A stretch of DNA of 64,000 nucleotides from an uncultured virus (IMG/VR IMGVR_UViG_3300037840_000255) (Duplodnaviria; Heunggongvirae; Uroviricota; Caudoviricetes). The position numbers and the translations under genes are program-made. The DNA is taken from the IMG/VR virus record IMGVR_UViG_3300037840_000255, one strand, 5' to 3'. Positions 45,934-55,184 of this stretch are shown piece after piece. Each line of letters opens with the position of its first letter. The first letter of the stretch is position 1. Under the pieces are notes generated by a model. The model saw only the letters and a list, made by a program, of their open reading frames with translations, was not told where the DNA came from and searched no databases.

Positions 45934-46176
45934 TCATCTCGGCTCTCCCTCGATGTTCGGCAGCGGCTGGCGATCAGGCGGGACGACCGGCACTTGCTCC
46001 TCGGGATGCGACTTAGCGAAGTCGTTGCATAAGTCTAGCTGATGGCCGCCGGGCATTCCCTGGCAGCGTCCTGCGACGTCGCCGTCTCCTGGGATGAAAA
46101 AGACGGCGAAGGCTATGAGAGCGACCAGGGCGACGCCAAGAAGCAACGCCCCAATCATTTTCATCACGCCAACCAT
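45934..46176 (-). CDS. single-TM protein with Cys pair
   Basis: N-terminal hydrophobic helix. Confidence 0.55.
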   Translation of the reverse strand: MVGVMKMIGALLLGVALVALIAFAVFFIPGDGDVAGRCQGMPGGHQLDLCNDFAKSHPEEQVPVVPPDRQPLPNIEGEPR

Positions 46177-46177
46177 G

Positions 46178-46402
46178 CTACGGTTTTGGTCCTGGAAAGA
46201 ACTGAAACCCCGTCACGAACGGCGCGAACAGCCTGGCCAGTATAAGAATGCAGACCAAAACGAAGATCACCTTCAAGATTGTGATCACCGTGCCGGGGAG
46301 TTGCATTCCAAGTTCGCCGAGAACCCACAAACAGAGAAAGAACGCGAGGGCGATGAAGCAGATATAGATCAGCGCCCTTATCAGTGCCTCAAAGAATCCC
46401 AT
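46178..46402 (-). CDS. two-TM membrane protein
   Basis: AAGGAG RBS; two TM helices. Confidence 0.75.
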   Translation of the reverse strand: MGFFEALIRALIYICFIALAFFLCLWVLGELGMQLPGTVITILKVIFVLVCILILARLFAPFVTGFQFFPGPKP

Positions 46403-46452
46403 CTGGTTTTCTCCTTGGGTAGTCCCATCACCCTCAACGGTGATTTTTGTTT

Positions 46453-46617
46453 TCAGACCCGTCCAAGCAGGACGAGGATCAAGACGATGACCAACACGAG
46501 GCCGATGCCGCCGCCAACCACATGGCCGCCGCCGTAGAACGGACCACCTCCAACGCCGGAAAAACCGCCAAGAAGAATGATGACGAGGATGACGAGAAGG
46601 ATCGTGCCGACGCTCAT
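46453..46617 (-). CDS. DUF3309-like small membrane protein (not in the ORF track)
   Basis: MSVGTILLVILVIILLGG..GGGIGLVLVIVLILVLLGRV. Confidence 0.8.
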   Translation of the reverse strand: MSVGTILLVILVIILLGGFSGVGGGPFYGGGHVVGGGIGLVLVIVLILVLLGRV

Positions 46618-46629
46618 GACTATTTTTCC

Positions 46630-47424
46630 TCAGCGAGGCGCCACTGGCGGCGGCGCATAGACGACTGCGGGAGGAGCCACAGAGAGCGACGACGTCCTGG
46701 TCACCGCATAGAACGTGCCGGCGAGAGCTATCAGCAGCGCCGCGATGCTGGCGATGATCCCCCAGCTCGCGCTCGATCCCATTCCGACACCAGCCGTTCT
46801 CTCGCTAGTCTCGCGAAGATTCTTGACCTGCGAAATAAGTTCCGCAAACGCCGGGTCCGAATACGACTGCTTGCCTAATGCCTGATAGCTGCCCTGCTCC
46901 AGGGTCGTCAATCTTGTCGAGAGCGTCGTGGCAAGTTGCTGTTGCGACGCCGCCACGGTGTTGGCTGTGGTGGCGACAAGCGCGCGAAGCGCCTCGGCCG
47001 ACTGAGCCACCTGACTGGCGAGCACTGTGGCTTGGTCGGAGGCCCGCTGGCTTGCGACGGCGACGGCATTGACGTCGACCGCTCTGATGGCATCGATGCG
47101 CTTGGCCTCGGCTAACTGCAACCTCTCCTCGTAACCAGCGCGCAATGTTAACTGCTCGTTCACCCGTCGCGACTCTGCGTCTCTCAAGGCATCGGTGTAG
47201 TCTGCCCGCAGCTTTATCTCCGCCGAGATCGAAGCGAGCCTAGCCTGCGTGATCTGTCGCTCGGCGTCGCGAAGATCGTCCTGCCGCTTGTTGGCGGCCT
47301 CATTGAGCGCCTTGACGTTTTCCGAAGGATCGATGACAGAACCGCCGCGCGAGTCCACCGCGATGCCGGGTCTTGTCGCATATTCCTCAGCTCTATCCGC
47401 ATGGCCGTCCTGTTCACTTACCAT
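46630..47424 (-). CDS. coiled-coil protein with C-terminal TM helix
   Basis: long heptad-rich segment then WGIIASIAALLIALAG. Confidence 0.7.
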   Translation of the reverse strand: MVSEQDGHADRAEEYATRPGIAVDSRGGSVIDPSENVKALNEAANKRQDDLRDAERQITQARLASISAEIKLRADYTDALRDAESRRVNEQLTLRAGYEERLQLAEAKRIDAIRAVDVNAVAVASQRASDQATVLASQVAQSAEALRALVATTANTVAASQQQLATTLSTRLTTLEQGSYQALGKQSYSDPAFAELISQVKNLRETSERTAGVGMGSSASWGIIASIAALLIALAGTFYAVTRTSSLSVAPPAVVYAPPPVAPR

Positions 47425-47622
47425 TCGCCCTCTGCCCCGCGTTGATCCCGCCTGGGTCTTTTATAAGTTACTTCGGCCCAAACTAAAACTAACAGGGCTT
47501 GCGTTAATTAACTCAAGGCGCGTTGGCCCACATGATGAAGAACACCAGCACAAAGAACGCCACCACCAGGATGATCAGTCCGCCCTGGACGACGTTGCCG
47601 AGATGACGGCAGAAGCGACAGG

Positions 47623-47868
47623 TCACTCAACCAACCCCAAATTTATGACGCTGCCCGTCCTCGCGCTTCGCGTATACCGACGCAAAATCTCAGCGGCGTC
47701 ATAAAAATAAAACCCACAATTCGTCATAGTGGGAACCGCACACGCATCCTCCAAAGCGACCAACTCGTCAGGCCCCATCCCTCGGACCTGCTTGTCCATG
47801 AGCCGCAGCATCTCCGCAAACGGCGTCAAAATATCTTCCTGCTCTTGGGTCAATCTATCCGCCATCAC
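47623..47868 (-). CDS. hypothetical protein
   Basis: coupled to the terminase stop. Confidence 0.55.
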   Translation of the reverse strand: MMADRLTQEQEDILTPFAEMLRLMDKQVRGMGPDELVALEDACAVPTMTNCGFYFYDAAEILRRYTRSARTGSVINLGLVE

Positions 47869-49466
47869 GGCACCCCATACCGTCGCGTGTCGTTGGGATC
47901 GAAGCTGCTCCGCACGTCGCGGCGCCTCGACTGCGGCTCCTCGTCAGGCTTCTTGTCGAAGACCCAGGACATCGTGTGATCATAAGTAGACGTCGGCCGT
48001 AGCCGATTGAATGCACCGGCAGCGGCATCAACCTGATCATCGTGACCTTGGGGGAAGGAACACAACTCTTCGATAAAGGTCTCGTTCCATGGCGCGCGTA
48101 GCAGATAGACATTCCCGGCTTCACACTGGGCAGCTAAAGGTTCGGCGCGCGTCGCCTTCGGTCCCGTCTCACGCTCAGCGACGATAATACTGCCAGCGTT
48201 CTCGCCGATGATGCTAGCGGCTTGCTCCTTACCGGCTTGGCCGGGGTCCTGGGGGATGACGACCGTGCAGGCGATACCGTCATGACTTGCCATCGTCTTG
48301 ATTGCCTTGCGCACAGACGCGCCTGTCTCACGAAAGCGTACCACATCCTCAATATAGAACTTGTTGCCTTCGGATGCGGGTAGCGTCGCCATTTTCAGGC
48401 CGACTGTCCAATCAGGATCGCTGCTGCCATCCTGCACAGACCCCGCTAAATCCCAGCGCCGCACTTTCATCATCGCCTCGGCTGGTATGGCATCCACGAT
48501 CTTGAACCAGTGCCGTTTGAACATGCCGCCTTCACGGGCGGACGGATGCTGCTGATACTGCGTCGCGAAGGCATGAGAGCCAAGCTCAGTCTTGTTCTTG
48601 TCAACGGTCTCGCGCGGGATTCGTTCAGGGCAGAGCAACTCGCCTGCATAGCGGCGTGGGTCATCATAAAACCGCGTAGTGACCACCGATGATGGCTCAT
48701 ATTCCATAGGCAACACTAGCTTCACATAGTCCAGGCCGAGGCGCTCGATTGTGCCGCAGACATCCTGCGGGTGCAGCCGGTGCATGATAACTAGGATGGC
48801 GTCCTTGACTGGATCGTTCAGACGGCTGGTCACTGACTCGCGGAACAGCCTAGTCGCTCGTTCACGTTCTGCCTCGCTCTCAACCTGCTCGGTGGAGTGA
48901 GGATCGTCTAGCACAACGCGGTTGCCGCGACCTGAGGTAAGGCTAGCAAAGGGCATCGCGCGCCGACCACCCCGCGCCGTGTTCTCGAAGTCGATCTCGT
49001 TATCACGCATCAACACCACATGCGGCCACAAGGTCCGATACCACTCCGACTGGACCAGGTCCCTCATCTTGCGGCTATCACGTCGAGCATAAGTTGCAGT
49101 GTACGACGTCGTCAGATAACGTAGACCTGGTAGATTGGCTGGCCCCCACTCCCACGCCTCCCATACCACGGAAGCGATCATAGACTTCATGCAGCCAGGC
49201 GGCTCATTGATCTGCAACCTGGTGATCTCACCCCGCGTTATCGCTTCGAGGTGCTCACAGACCGCCTCATGATGCCAGCCGTGCACATAAGGCGTTGTCG
49301 GTTCGAGGACGTGCCAGGCTTCCTTGAGAAAGCCAACTAATGTGCGGCAGCGCTCACGAACTCCGCTGAAGTCACGCGCCAGTAGCCGGCGTTGGCGCTC
49401 CGCTTGAACTACCGTAGGCGTCGGACACTTTGCGGCTAATGCGTTCAAGCGCGTCAAGCTCTGCAT
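47865..49466 (-). CDS. terL: terminase large subunit
   Basis: PPGCMKS Walker A, VVLDDPH Walker B, YQQHP, WDLA, HDDQVDA. Confidence 0.95.
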   Translation of the reverse strand: MQSLTRLNALAAKCPTPTVVQAERQRRLLARDFSGVRERCRTLVGFLKEAWHVLEPTTPYVHGWHHEAVCEHLEAITRGEITRLQINEPPGCMKSMIASVVWEAWEWGPANLPGLRYLTTSYTATYARRDSRKMRDLVQSEWYRTLWPHVVLMRDNEIDFENTARGGRRAMPFASLTSGRGNRVVLDDPHSTEQVESEAERERATRLFRESVTSRLNDPVKDAILVIMHRLHPQDVCGTIERLGLDYVKLVLPMEYEPSSVVTTRFYDDPRRYAGELLCPERIPRETVDKNKTELGSHAFATQYQQHPSAREGGMFKRHWFKIVDAIPAEAMMKVRRWDLAGSVQDGSSDPDWTVGLKMATLPASEGNKFYIEDVVRFRETGASVRKAIKTMASHDGIACTVVIPQDPGQAGKEQAASIIGENAGSIIVAERETGPKATRAEPLAAQCEAGNVYLLRAPWNETFIEELCSFPQGHDDQVDAAAGAFNRLRPTSTYDHTMSWVFDKKPDEEPQSRRRDVRSSFDPNDTRRYGVP

Positions 49467-49842
49467 CGGTCAACTTGCTCAGGTCTTTGAGGCCGCCGCC
49501 CGTGGTATCTGGCGCCACTGGTGACATGCGGGGGTGGATGTAGGGGATGGCGTCGAGCGCAGCGGTGACAAGAGACTTGCGAGCTTCAAAATAAGCTGAC
49601 GTATTGCGCTCTGCCAAGGAGATAGCTTCATCATCACCGATTGCCTCATCGCCTGTGCGCAGAGCAGCCTCGATAATACTGACCTCACGCTCCCAGAACC
49701 GCATCTCGTTCATCAGCACATCGAGGGGGCTTCGACCGCTCTCGATGATGTCTACAGCCTTACGTTCAGATAGCCGTTTGGCGCGCGACACCTTGGCGCC
49801 CTTCTTCATACCAGACCCAGGTCTTGCTCCACCTCTTGGCAT
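49372..49842 (-). CDS. terS: terminase small subunit
   Basis: MPRGGARPGSG, PLDVL, PYIHPRM, DLSKLTDAEL; directly upstream of terL. Confidence 0.82.
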   Translation of the reverse strand: MPRGGARPGSGMKKGAKVSRAKRLSERKAVDIIESGRSPLDVLMNEMRFWEREVSIIEAALRTGDEAIGDDEAISLAERNTSAYFEARKSLVTAALDAIPYIHPRMSPVAPDTTGGGLKDLSKLTDAELDALERISRKVSDAYGSSSGAPTPATGA

Positions 49843-50067
49843 TGAAATCTTTTCAATAAGAGTTTGGGGCGACAGGTAGTTTACCGCGCATCTCATCGAT
49901 CTGCCACATCACAGACACGAGCGCATCCACGGGGACGCTCTCGTCTAACTGGCGCGCACACGTCGCTCCAGTCCAGAATATCCTTCTTCGTCATCTGGCC
50001 TCCAGACGGGCTACCGCCGGTAGGGTCACTTCACCCTTTTCCGACAGCCGGGAAATGCCGCTAATGA

Positions 50068-50505
50068 TTAGATAGCGGACAAATGCTTCTCGGCTATTTG
50101 GATTCGCCCTAACGCTCTCAACAATACCCACGCTCGGCCCTCGCTTGGCATCCCGTCATAGAGACCTTGCTCACCAAAGAAGATGCCGTCGTCGATCCGT
50201 ACTGACTGCCCGTGATCAAAACCACGCTTGGGCAGAACTACAACGCCTTTCAGTTCGCGCGCACGCAGCTCACGCCACTGATCCTCGCGCACATATGCCG
50301 GTTGCTCACCGTTGCGTAGCACTGCGCTCACACCGATGGTATTCAGCAGAACATGCCATACGTCGATGATGGAGACGAACAGATAGCGAGGAAAGAGTGG
50401 GCCGTCCGCTGTGCGCGGTAGCCATGTCTCAAACCCCTGCCGCCTGATGTTCTCATCGGCAACCCGCTCGCGCTGTGGATGGGTCATGATTACGGCCCAA
50501 CCCAT
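50068..50505 (-). CDS. NusG/RfaH-like transcription antiterminator
   Basis: W.V..T.P..E, PLFPRYLFV, TIGVS, KOW-like GQSVRIDDG.F. Confidence 0.88.
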   Translation of the reverse strand: MGWAVIMTHPQRERVADENIRRQGFETWLPRTADGPLFPRYLFVSIIDVWHVLLNTIGVSAVLRNGEQPAYVREDQWRELRARELKGVVVLPKRGFDHGQSVRIDDGIFFGEQGLYDGMPSEGRAWVLLRALGRIQIAEKHLSAI

Positions 50506-50713
50506 TGGCGGCGATCTCCTGGCAGGGGATGGTTGCCCATAAATAGCCTAAAACGCCGTCCAGTAGCAAGCCCTAGGGGGAAAGGGCGTGGAAATGCCCC
50601 TGCCAGTGGGGTTATCACCGACAAGGGCCGTGGGCGGCGCAGGAACGTTTCTAGTCAGGGGCCACGGGGCTGAGGCGTGACGCCTACGCCCCTACGCAGA
50701 CGGGATTGTCTGT

Positions 50714-51034
50714 TTAGGCCTTAGTACTGTCAAGCCTCGCAAGCCGCGCCTGCGTCGTCTTCCACACCCATGCGTGCAATTTTCCCACGCACGGCCAGCA
50801 GCAGCACCCCGGCGGATGCCTCACATTCACAATCATCCAAATATCTTGCTCGGCCATGCCGACGTCGCGAAGCACCTGGGCGATTCCCATCCAGACGCTG
50901 TATTCGTTTGCGTGCAACTGACGCAGCAATTCCTCTTCGTCTAACGCTGCTGATGGGCCATGCACTAGGATGCGCAGCTTCAGCGTCTCGACGCGGACAT
51001 CAATCTCTTCCTGGAACTTGGCTGATCTGCTCAT
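50714..51034 (-). CDS. hypothetical protein
   Basis: ATGA-coupled; Cys cluster. Confidence 0.55.
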   Translation of the reverse strand: MSRSAKFQEEIDVRVETLKLRILVHGPSAALDEEELLRQLHANEYSVWMGIAQVLRDVGMAEQDIWMIVNVRHPPGCCCWPCVGKLHAWVWKTTQARLARLDSTKA

Positions 51035-51246
51035 AGCAACCGCGTATCAAACGATGTCAGTTGACGTTCGGCCTTTACCGACTCCAGCGCCTGCTCCAGT
51101 TCTGTCTGATCCAGTTCTGATCTGGCGCGAACCAGAGCAACGTACAATTCAACCTCAACGCCGCGCTCTGTTGTTCCTTTCCACATCCGCGTCTGCACGC
51201 CACTCACTGCCTCAAAACGTCCCGTCGGCTCTATTGTCAGTTTCAT
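51031..51246 (-). CDS. hypothetical protein
   Basis: GAGG RBS, ATGA-coupled. Confidence 0.65.
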   Translation of the reverse strand: MKLTIEPTGRFEAVSGVQTRMWKGTTERGVEVELYVALVRARSELDQTELEQALESVKAERQLTSFDTRLL

Positions 51247-51740
51247 AACCTCACCTCGAAGTCCTCTTCCGTCATTAATGTACCAGGAACAAAACCATCA
51301 GGCCCAGCCCGCAATGGCGATGGCTTCATTAGTTCGTACTTGCGCCGCACCTCCTCAGCCTCCTCAACCCGCTTCATCTTCGCATACGCAGCGCGCTCGC
51401 GTGCTGTCCAATGTATCAGTTCGGCGGATGGCGCAACACTCTCAGTCCCGGACGTGAGAAACTCGTCAGGCGGCCACATACCGAACAACGTCCTAAACTT
51501 TACTGATGCCCACCCGATCTTATAATTATGCTGCCGTACCAACCAGCGTAGAGCTGCGAAGGTTTGCTCCATTGCGTGCCCGCGCTCCAAGCCTTCCCGG
51601 TTGCCGGTATCCATCCACGCTTTGATGCGCCGTATGATCCGCACTGAACGTGCCCCGCAATTTGAGCATTTGAACTTCTTGCGCGGTATCGGCTTCATCT
51701 CGCGCTGGCGACCACAGGCTGGGCAGATAATCAGGCCCAT
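51243..51740 (-). CDS. Zn-finger protein resembling the C-terminus of phage SF2 helicases
   Basis: CPAC..CSNC; YKIGWASVKFRTLFGMWP. Confidence 0.6.
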   Translation of the reverse strand: MGLIICPACGRQREMKPIPRKKFKCSNCGARSVRIIRRIKAWMDTGNREGLERGHAMEQTFAALRWLVRQHNYKIGWASVKFRTLFGMWPPDEFLTSGTESVAPSAELIHWTARERAAYAKMKRVEEAEEVRRKYELMKPSPLRAGPDGFVPGTLMTEEDFEVRL

Positions 51741-51976
51741 CACGGCACCAACTTCGCGAGAGCCGCGATAAAATCCTCCTTCTCGGTTATGGGTATAGAG
51801 ACGCCTTCTTTGGTTGGGTGCCACTTTCCGTCGTCGTCTTCAAACAATGCGCGGATGTGAAAGCTTTTGGTGCCTTTGAATGTGCTGTCGTAGGCAACTA
51901 TGGTTTTTCCATTTCGCTTTTTCAGAAGCACAGTTAAGCCCTCTGGCGTAAACCCGTTAGCAATTTCAAATGTCAT
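51740..51976 (-). CDS. PC4-like ssDNA-binding protein
   Basis: STFKG..FHIR..DGKWHPTKEGVSI. Confidence 0.75.
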   Translation of the reverse strand: MTFEIANGFTPEGLTVLLKKRNGKTIVAYDSTFKGTKSFHIRALFEDDDGKWHPTKEGVSIPITEKEDFIAALAKLVP

Positions 51977-52449
51977 AACGACTGTTCCTTTTTTACTGCT
52001 CTACTTCCCAACCTCAGAGCCTAGACCTAACCTTGGCTAAGCCCCTTTCTTCCACGCTACGCTTCGCCCCAGCCGTCCGGCTAAGGTCTTCGGGGCGCTC
52101 CTGGGGTTGATGTTGCCCCGGACTGCGGTGCCCGTGTCGCTTGGCGCTCTTCACGCCGCCCCCGGTAGCGACAGACTTTGCAAATTGCGCCCCGGTGGCA
52201 TCGCTCCCGACGCAATCGGCCCACGAATGGGCACCAGTTCGCGGGCTTTGCCGCTAGGCTGGCCTAGTTTTTGGCGGGGAGGAGGGGTTGCCGTGCTGCG
52301 AATGGCTTGGTAAAAGTGCAGCTACGGTGATCGCAGAGCCCGCCAAAGCCATTGCGATCTGCGGGGCCATCGGGAGAATCCCGGTCGGCCCCGCTTCCGT
52401 TATTAGTTACCGATTCGTTTTAATTGGCAAGTCCCGCTATGGGTGGTTG

Positions 52450-53034
52450 TTAATTAACTTGGAAGCCGCTACCTATTGTGTCTCGCGGCTGGTCAAATTT
52501 ACCAACCTCATCGCCCCATGAGACCCAGCCGGGTCGGGTCTGGCGCGAGAAAAGATCGAGGTATGGCCCATCGAAGAGTGTTTCAATGTTGGCGTATATC
52601 TGATCCGGCTTACGGCTATGCTCGCGCACGGGCTCCCAGATAAGGTTGCGCACTGAGCGCGATTTGATCGCCGGCTTACCGATGGTGCCTACCAAATAAA
52701 ACTCAGACGCCGAACGAAAGATGTAGCCGGTGCCAAAGGCAACCTTCTCGCCGGCCTTTGACTCTTTGGCCCAGCATCCAGCCGTCTTGAAAACAAAACC
52801 CCAGATGCCCATTAGGCTGAGAGCTTCGGGAAGCATCGGGGCTGTTGCCCACATGATCAGTGCGCAATCGGGCTTGGCGAGATGCGCGACTGGGAGAGTC
52901 TGGAGCGCCGGCAGCGTCATGCAGTCATAGTGCGCGATAGGGTTCTTTGCTTCGCCCTTGGCTGAGTAGTTGGCGAAGTACCATGGCGGATCGGCTAGGA
53001 TCGCGCCGAAATGAAATAATGGCAGATCATCCAT
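52450..53034 (-). CDS. MT-A70 family adenine methyltransferase
   Basis: ILADPPW, HYDCM, LIMWAT, WGF, HSRKP, LFSR, WGDE. Confidence 0.9.
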   Translation of the reverse strand: MDDLPLFHFGAILADPPWYFANYSAKGEAKNPIAHYDCMTLPALQTLPVAHLAKPDCALIMWATAPMLPEALSLMGIWGFVFKTAGCWAKESKAGEKVAFGTGYIFRSASEFYLVGTIGKPAIKSRSVRNLIWEPVREHSRKPDQIYANIETLFDGPYLDLFSRQTRPGWVSWGDEVGKFDQPRDTIGSGFQVN

Positions 53035-53582
53035 CACGGCACGTCTCTGAATAACGGCGTCATCACCGACGCCAGACGCGGGTTCATCATTGCACAGGCC
53101 GCAGACCAAACTACAAACGCATCAGCTTCATTGTCGTTCTGCGGGTTAATCTTGAAGAACGAGCGCACATCACGGATCACGCGGGCTTTGGTTTTAATCC
53201 CGGACTTCTTCGGGTTAGTGGCCCAGCCCAGGACAAGGCGCCGTGCTGTCTGCGGCGCGATACCCTCGACAGGTTTGCCGTGGGCGTGGCACCGTTCGAG
53301 CAGCACACCGATAGCACCGCGCAACATAGCCACCGTGCTTTCATTTGTGCCAATATCAGCCATGACGGCGGTCGGCGTTGGCAGTTCATAGACGGCGCGG
53401 TCGCAGGGATCAGTCTCAAAGTAGCCGTTGAGCAAATTGGCAAAGCAATAGAGCCGCTCGCCTACTGTTTTGCCTTCGAGCCGCCACGTCCACAAGCGAG
53501 GCTTCCCAACACGGGAGGCTTCTAGCGTCCCATCGCACACGCCGGTGGCCGTAGCGACATCGAAGGCCGTGATGACTGTCAA
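53034..53582 (-). CDS. RuvC-like Holliday junction resolvase
   Basis: ITAFDVATATG, VYE, NEADA. Confidence 0.72.
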   Translation of the reverse strand: MTVITAFDVATATGVCDGTLEASRVGKPRLWTWRLEGKTVGERLYCFANLLNGYFETDPCDRAVYELPTPTAVMADIGTNESTVAMLRGAIGVLLERCHAHGKPVEGIAPQTARRLVLGWATNPKKSGIKTKARVIRDVRSFFKINPQNDNEADAFVVWSAACAMMNPRLASVMTPLFRDVP

Positions 53583-54160
53583 TGCGTCGCCGTGCTTTCC
53601 TGCGCCGCCTTTGCCTTCAGGCCGCCGGCAAGTTCGCGCTGGTGTTCGTGATAGCCGTTCATGAAGGCAACATAGCCGGGCGTGCCAGGCGCGTAGTCAG
53701 GCTTCGCCCTCTTATTCTCCATCGAGCATCGCTTGCCCTCACCGAACGCGCGGTCGACGAGCGGCGTGCGGTCGGGCTCATTGAATAGTTCGAGTTGATC
53801 GCCCCAAGACGCGCCGACCCACAGAGCGGCTTGCAGCCGTTCCGCGATCTGGGCCTTCACGTCCGCTTCGCCCTCTGGTGTCGAACAGGCGATGCCGGTG
53901 AGGATTTGCGTGATGCTGAAACCATCCGCCTTGATCCGCTTGCGCACGTTGCGCAGGTCGGCCGTCGCAGTATCCAGCTTCGCCTTCGCCACCTGGAACG
54001 CCGCCTTGTCCCGGATGAAAAGTTCTTGACGCTCGCTGTCCGTCAGTTCTTTGCCGGGGCCGAATGATAGTTGCTGCTGAGCCTTTTTCGTTTTAGCATG
54101 GCCGTTGCTGGCCTTCTTGCTCTTTGCCTTCAGTTGCTTCTTTGCTGCCTTGCGTGCCAT
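53579..54160 (-). CDS. hypothetical protein (helical, basic N-terminus)
   Basis: GGAGG RBS; ..AFGEGKR..GY C-terminus. Confidence 0.7.
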   Translation of the reverse strand: MARKAAKKQLKAKSKKASNGHAKTKKAQQQLSFGPGKELTDSERQELFIRDKAAFQVAKAKLDTATADLRNVRKRIKADGFSITQILTGIACSTPEGEADVKAQIAERLQAALWVGASWGDQLELFNEPDRTPLVDRAFGEGKRCSMENKRAKPDYAPGTPGYVAFMNGYHEHQRELAGGLKAKAAQESTATH

Positions 54161-54176
54161 TGGCACCTCCATCGGT

Positions 54177-54356
54177 TTAGTGGTTAGTGTGCCCGTCGTC
54201 ATTGGCCGCAGCGTTCCACAGCTCATCATCGGCGAGAAGATCGCGCAGCAACGCGCTCGCCGCCTCGTGAGGCAACTTGCCGACTGCGCTGCTGAACGAA
54301 ATCAACCGCCGAAGCGTGATAGGATCGAGCGGCACAGAGACCAATTTATCGGGCAT
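54177..54356 (-). CDS. putative ribbon-helix-helix regulator
   Basis: VSVPLDP..L..GK..AASALLRDLL; first gene of the leftward arm. Confidence 0.45.
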   Translation of the reverse strand: MPDKLVSVPLDPITLRRLISFSSAVGKLPHEAASALLRDLLADDELWNAAANDDGHTNH

Positions 54357-54623
54357 CGAATCAATCCATCGTGGTGCGAAAAGAATCGCATGACCAGCGC
54401 CACATAGCAAAACATGATGGTGGCTTTTCAACCGTTCAGCGATGGCTTATATACGCCTCGCGCACCTAGTGCGTTTGGTGTGGTCCGCCCCGGACCTCCC
54501 CATCGGTTCAGTCCCCGCGCCCGTCCCAGGTCCCGTGCGAGTAGGCGGCCCTAGGCGGGCGCGGGCCATTTAAAGCGCCGAAAACCCTGCATTTTCAATA
54601 GCATTTGCGCCCCGTTGTGAGGC

Positions 54624-54652
54624 TTGAAATCCCCCACCGGGAGGCCTATCTT
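54624..54652 (+). promoter_or_regulatory. sigma70-type promoter for the rightward arm
   Basis: TTGAAA-N17-TATCTT in the divergent intergenic region. Confidence 0.65.
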
Positions 54653-54696
54653 ATCGGTGCCCCCACAGGGGGTTGATGAACCGATGAGACACCAAA

Positions 54697-54873
54697 GTGA
54701 CCCTCCGCCGAATCAAAACGGATCGCGAGCTTGTGCTGGAAGCCGCCCGCGCTCTGGCCATTTCCACAGATGGTGACGAATACGATCAGGCCTGCGCCGA
54801 CATGGTGGAGGCTCTTCGCTATGCTCGCGACATCGCATGGTGGGCACAGTTCGATAACGCGAGGGTTTCATGA
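54697..54873 (+). CDS. 58-aa hypothetical protein (not in the ORF track)
   Basis: GTG start MTLRRIKTDRELVLEAAR..; stop overlaps next ATG. Confidence 0.55.
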   Translation: MTLRRIKTDRELVLEAARALAISTDGDEYDQACADMVEALRYARDIAWWAQFDNARVS

Positions 54874-55184
54874 CCCTCGCCCGCCTCAGCCTCAAATCCG
54901 CATATCGTGTTGCGCGCAATAGCGTGTCCCGCCGCAGAGCCGGCGCAAGCTGGAGCGTTACCACGCGCGACCCCATCACCGGCAACCGCCGCTCGGCTTC
55001 TTGCGCAGCGAAGCACGTCCGCTTTGTCGTCAGCCGTGCCCGCATCTGGGCCGCTCTTCTCGCCCTTGGCGTCAATGAACACGAGGCCGAACGCGCATCT
55101 CTCACCCTCGCCTCTATGGGCGACTGGCGCACTGTCGTCAGCACTTACATCAGACAAACCGATGGAGCACGTCATGCCCGCTGA
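54870..55184 (+). CDS. hypothetical protein
   Basis: ATGA-coupled 104 aa. Confidence 0.55.
   Translation: MTLARLSLKSAYRVARNSVSRRRAGASWSVTTRDPITGNRRSASCAAKHVRFVVSRARIWAALLALGVNEHEAERASLTLASMGDWRTVVSTYIRQTDGARHAR

Noticed and set aside
52329..52394. tRNA
   Set aside because: Hairpins are present, but no cloverleaf with D and T-loop consensus could be built
54357..54696. Lambda-like cI/cro switch or integrase
   Set aside because: The region is divergent, but no HTH-peptidase repressor or recombinase was recognised in the window
54907..55173. N-terminal extension of the AAA+ ATPase in the ORF track
   Set aside because: Overlaps the 54870-55184 gene; the RBS and conserved motif point to ATG 55174
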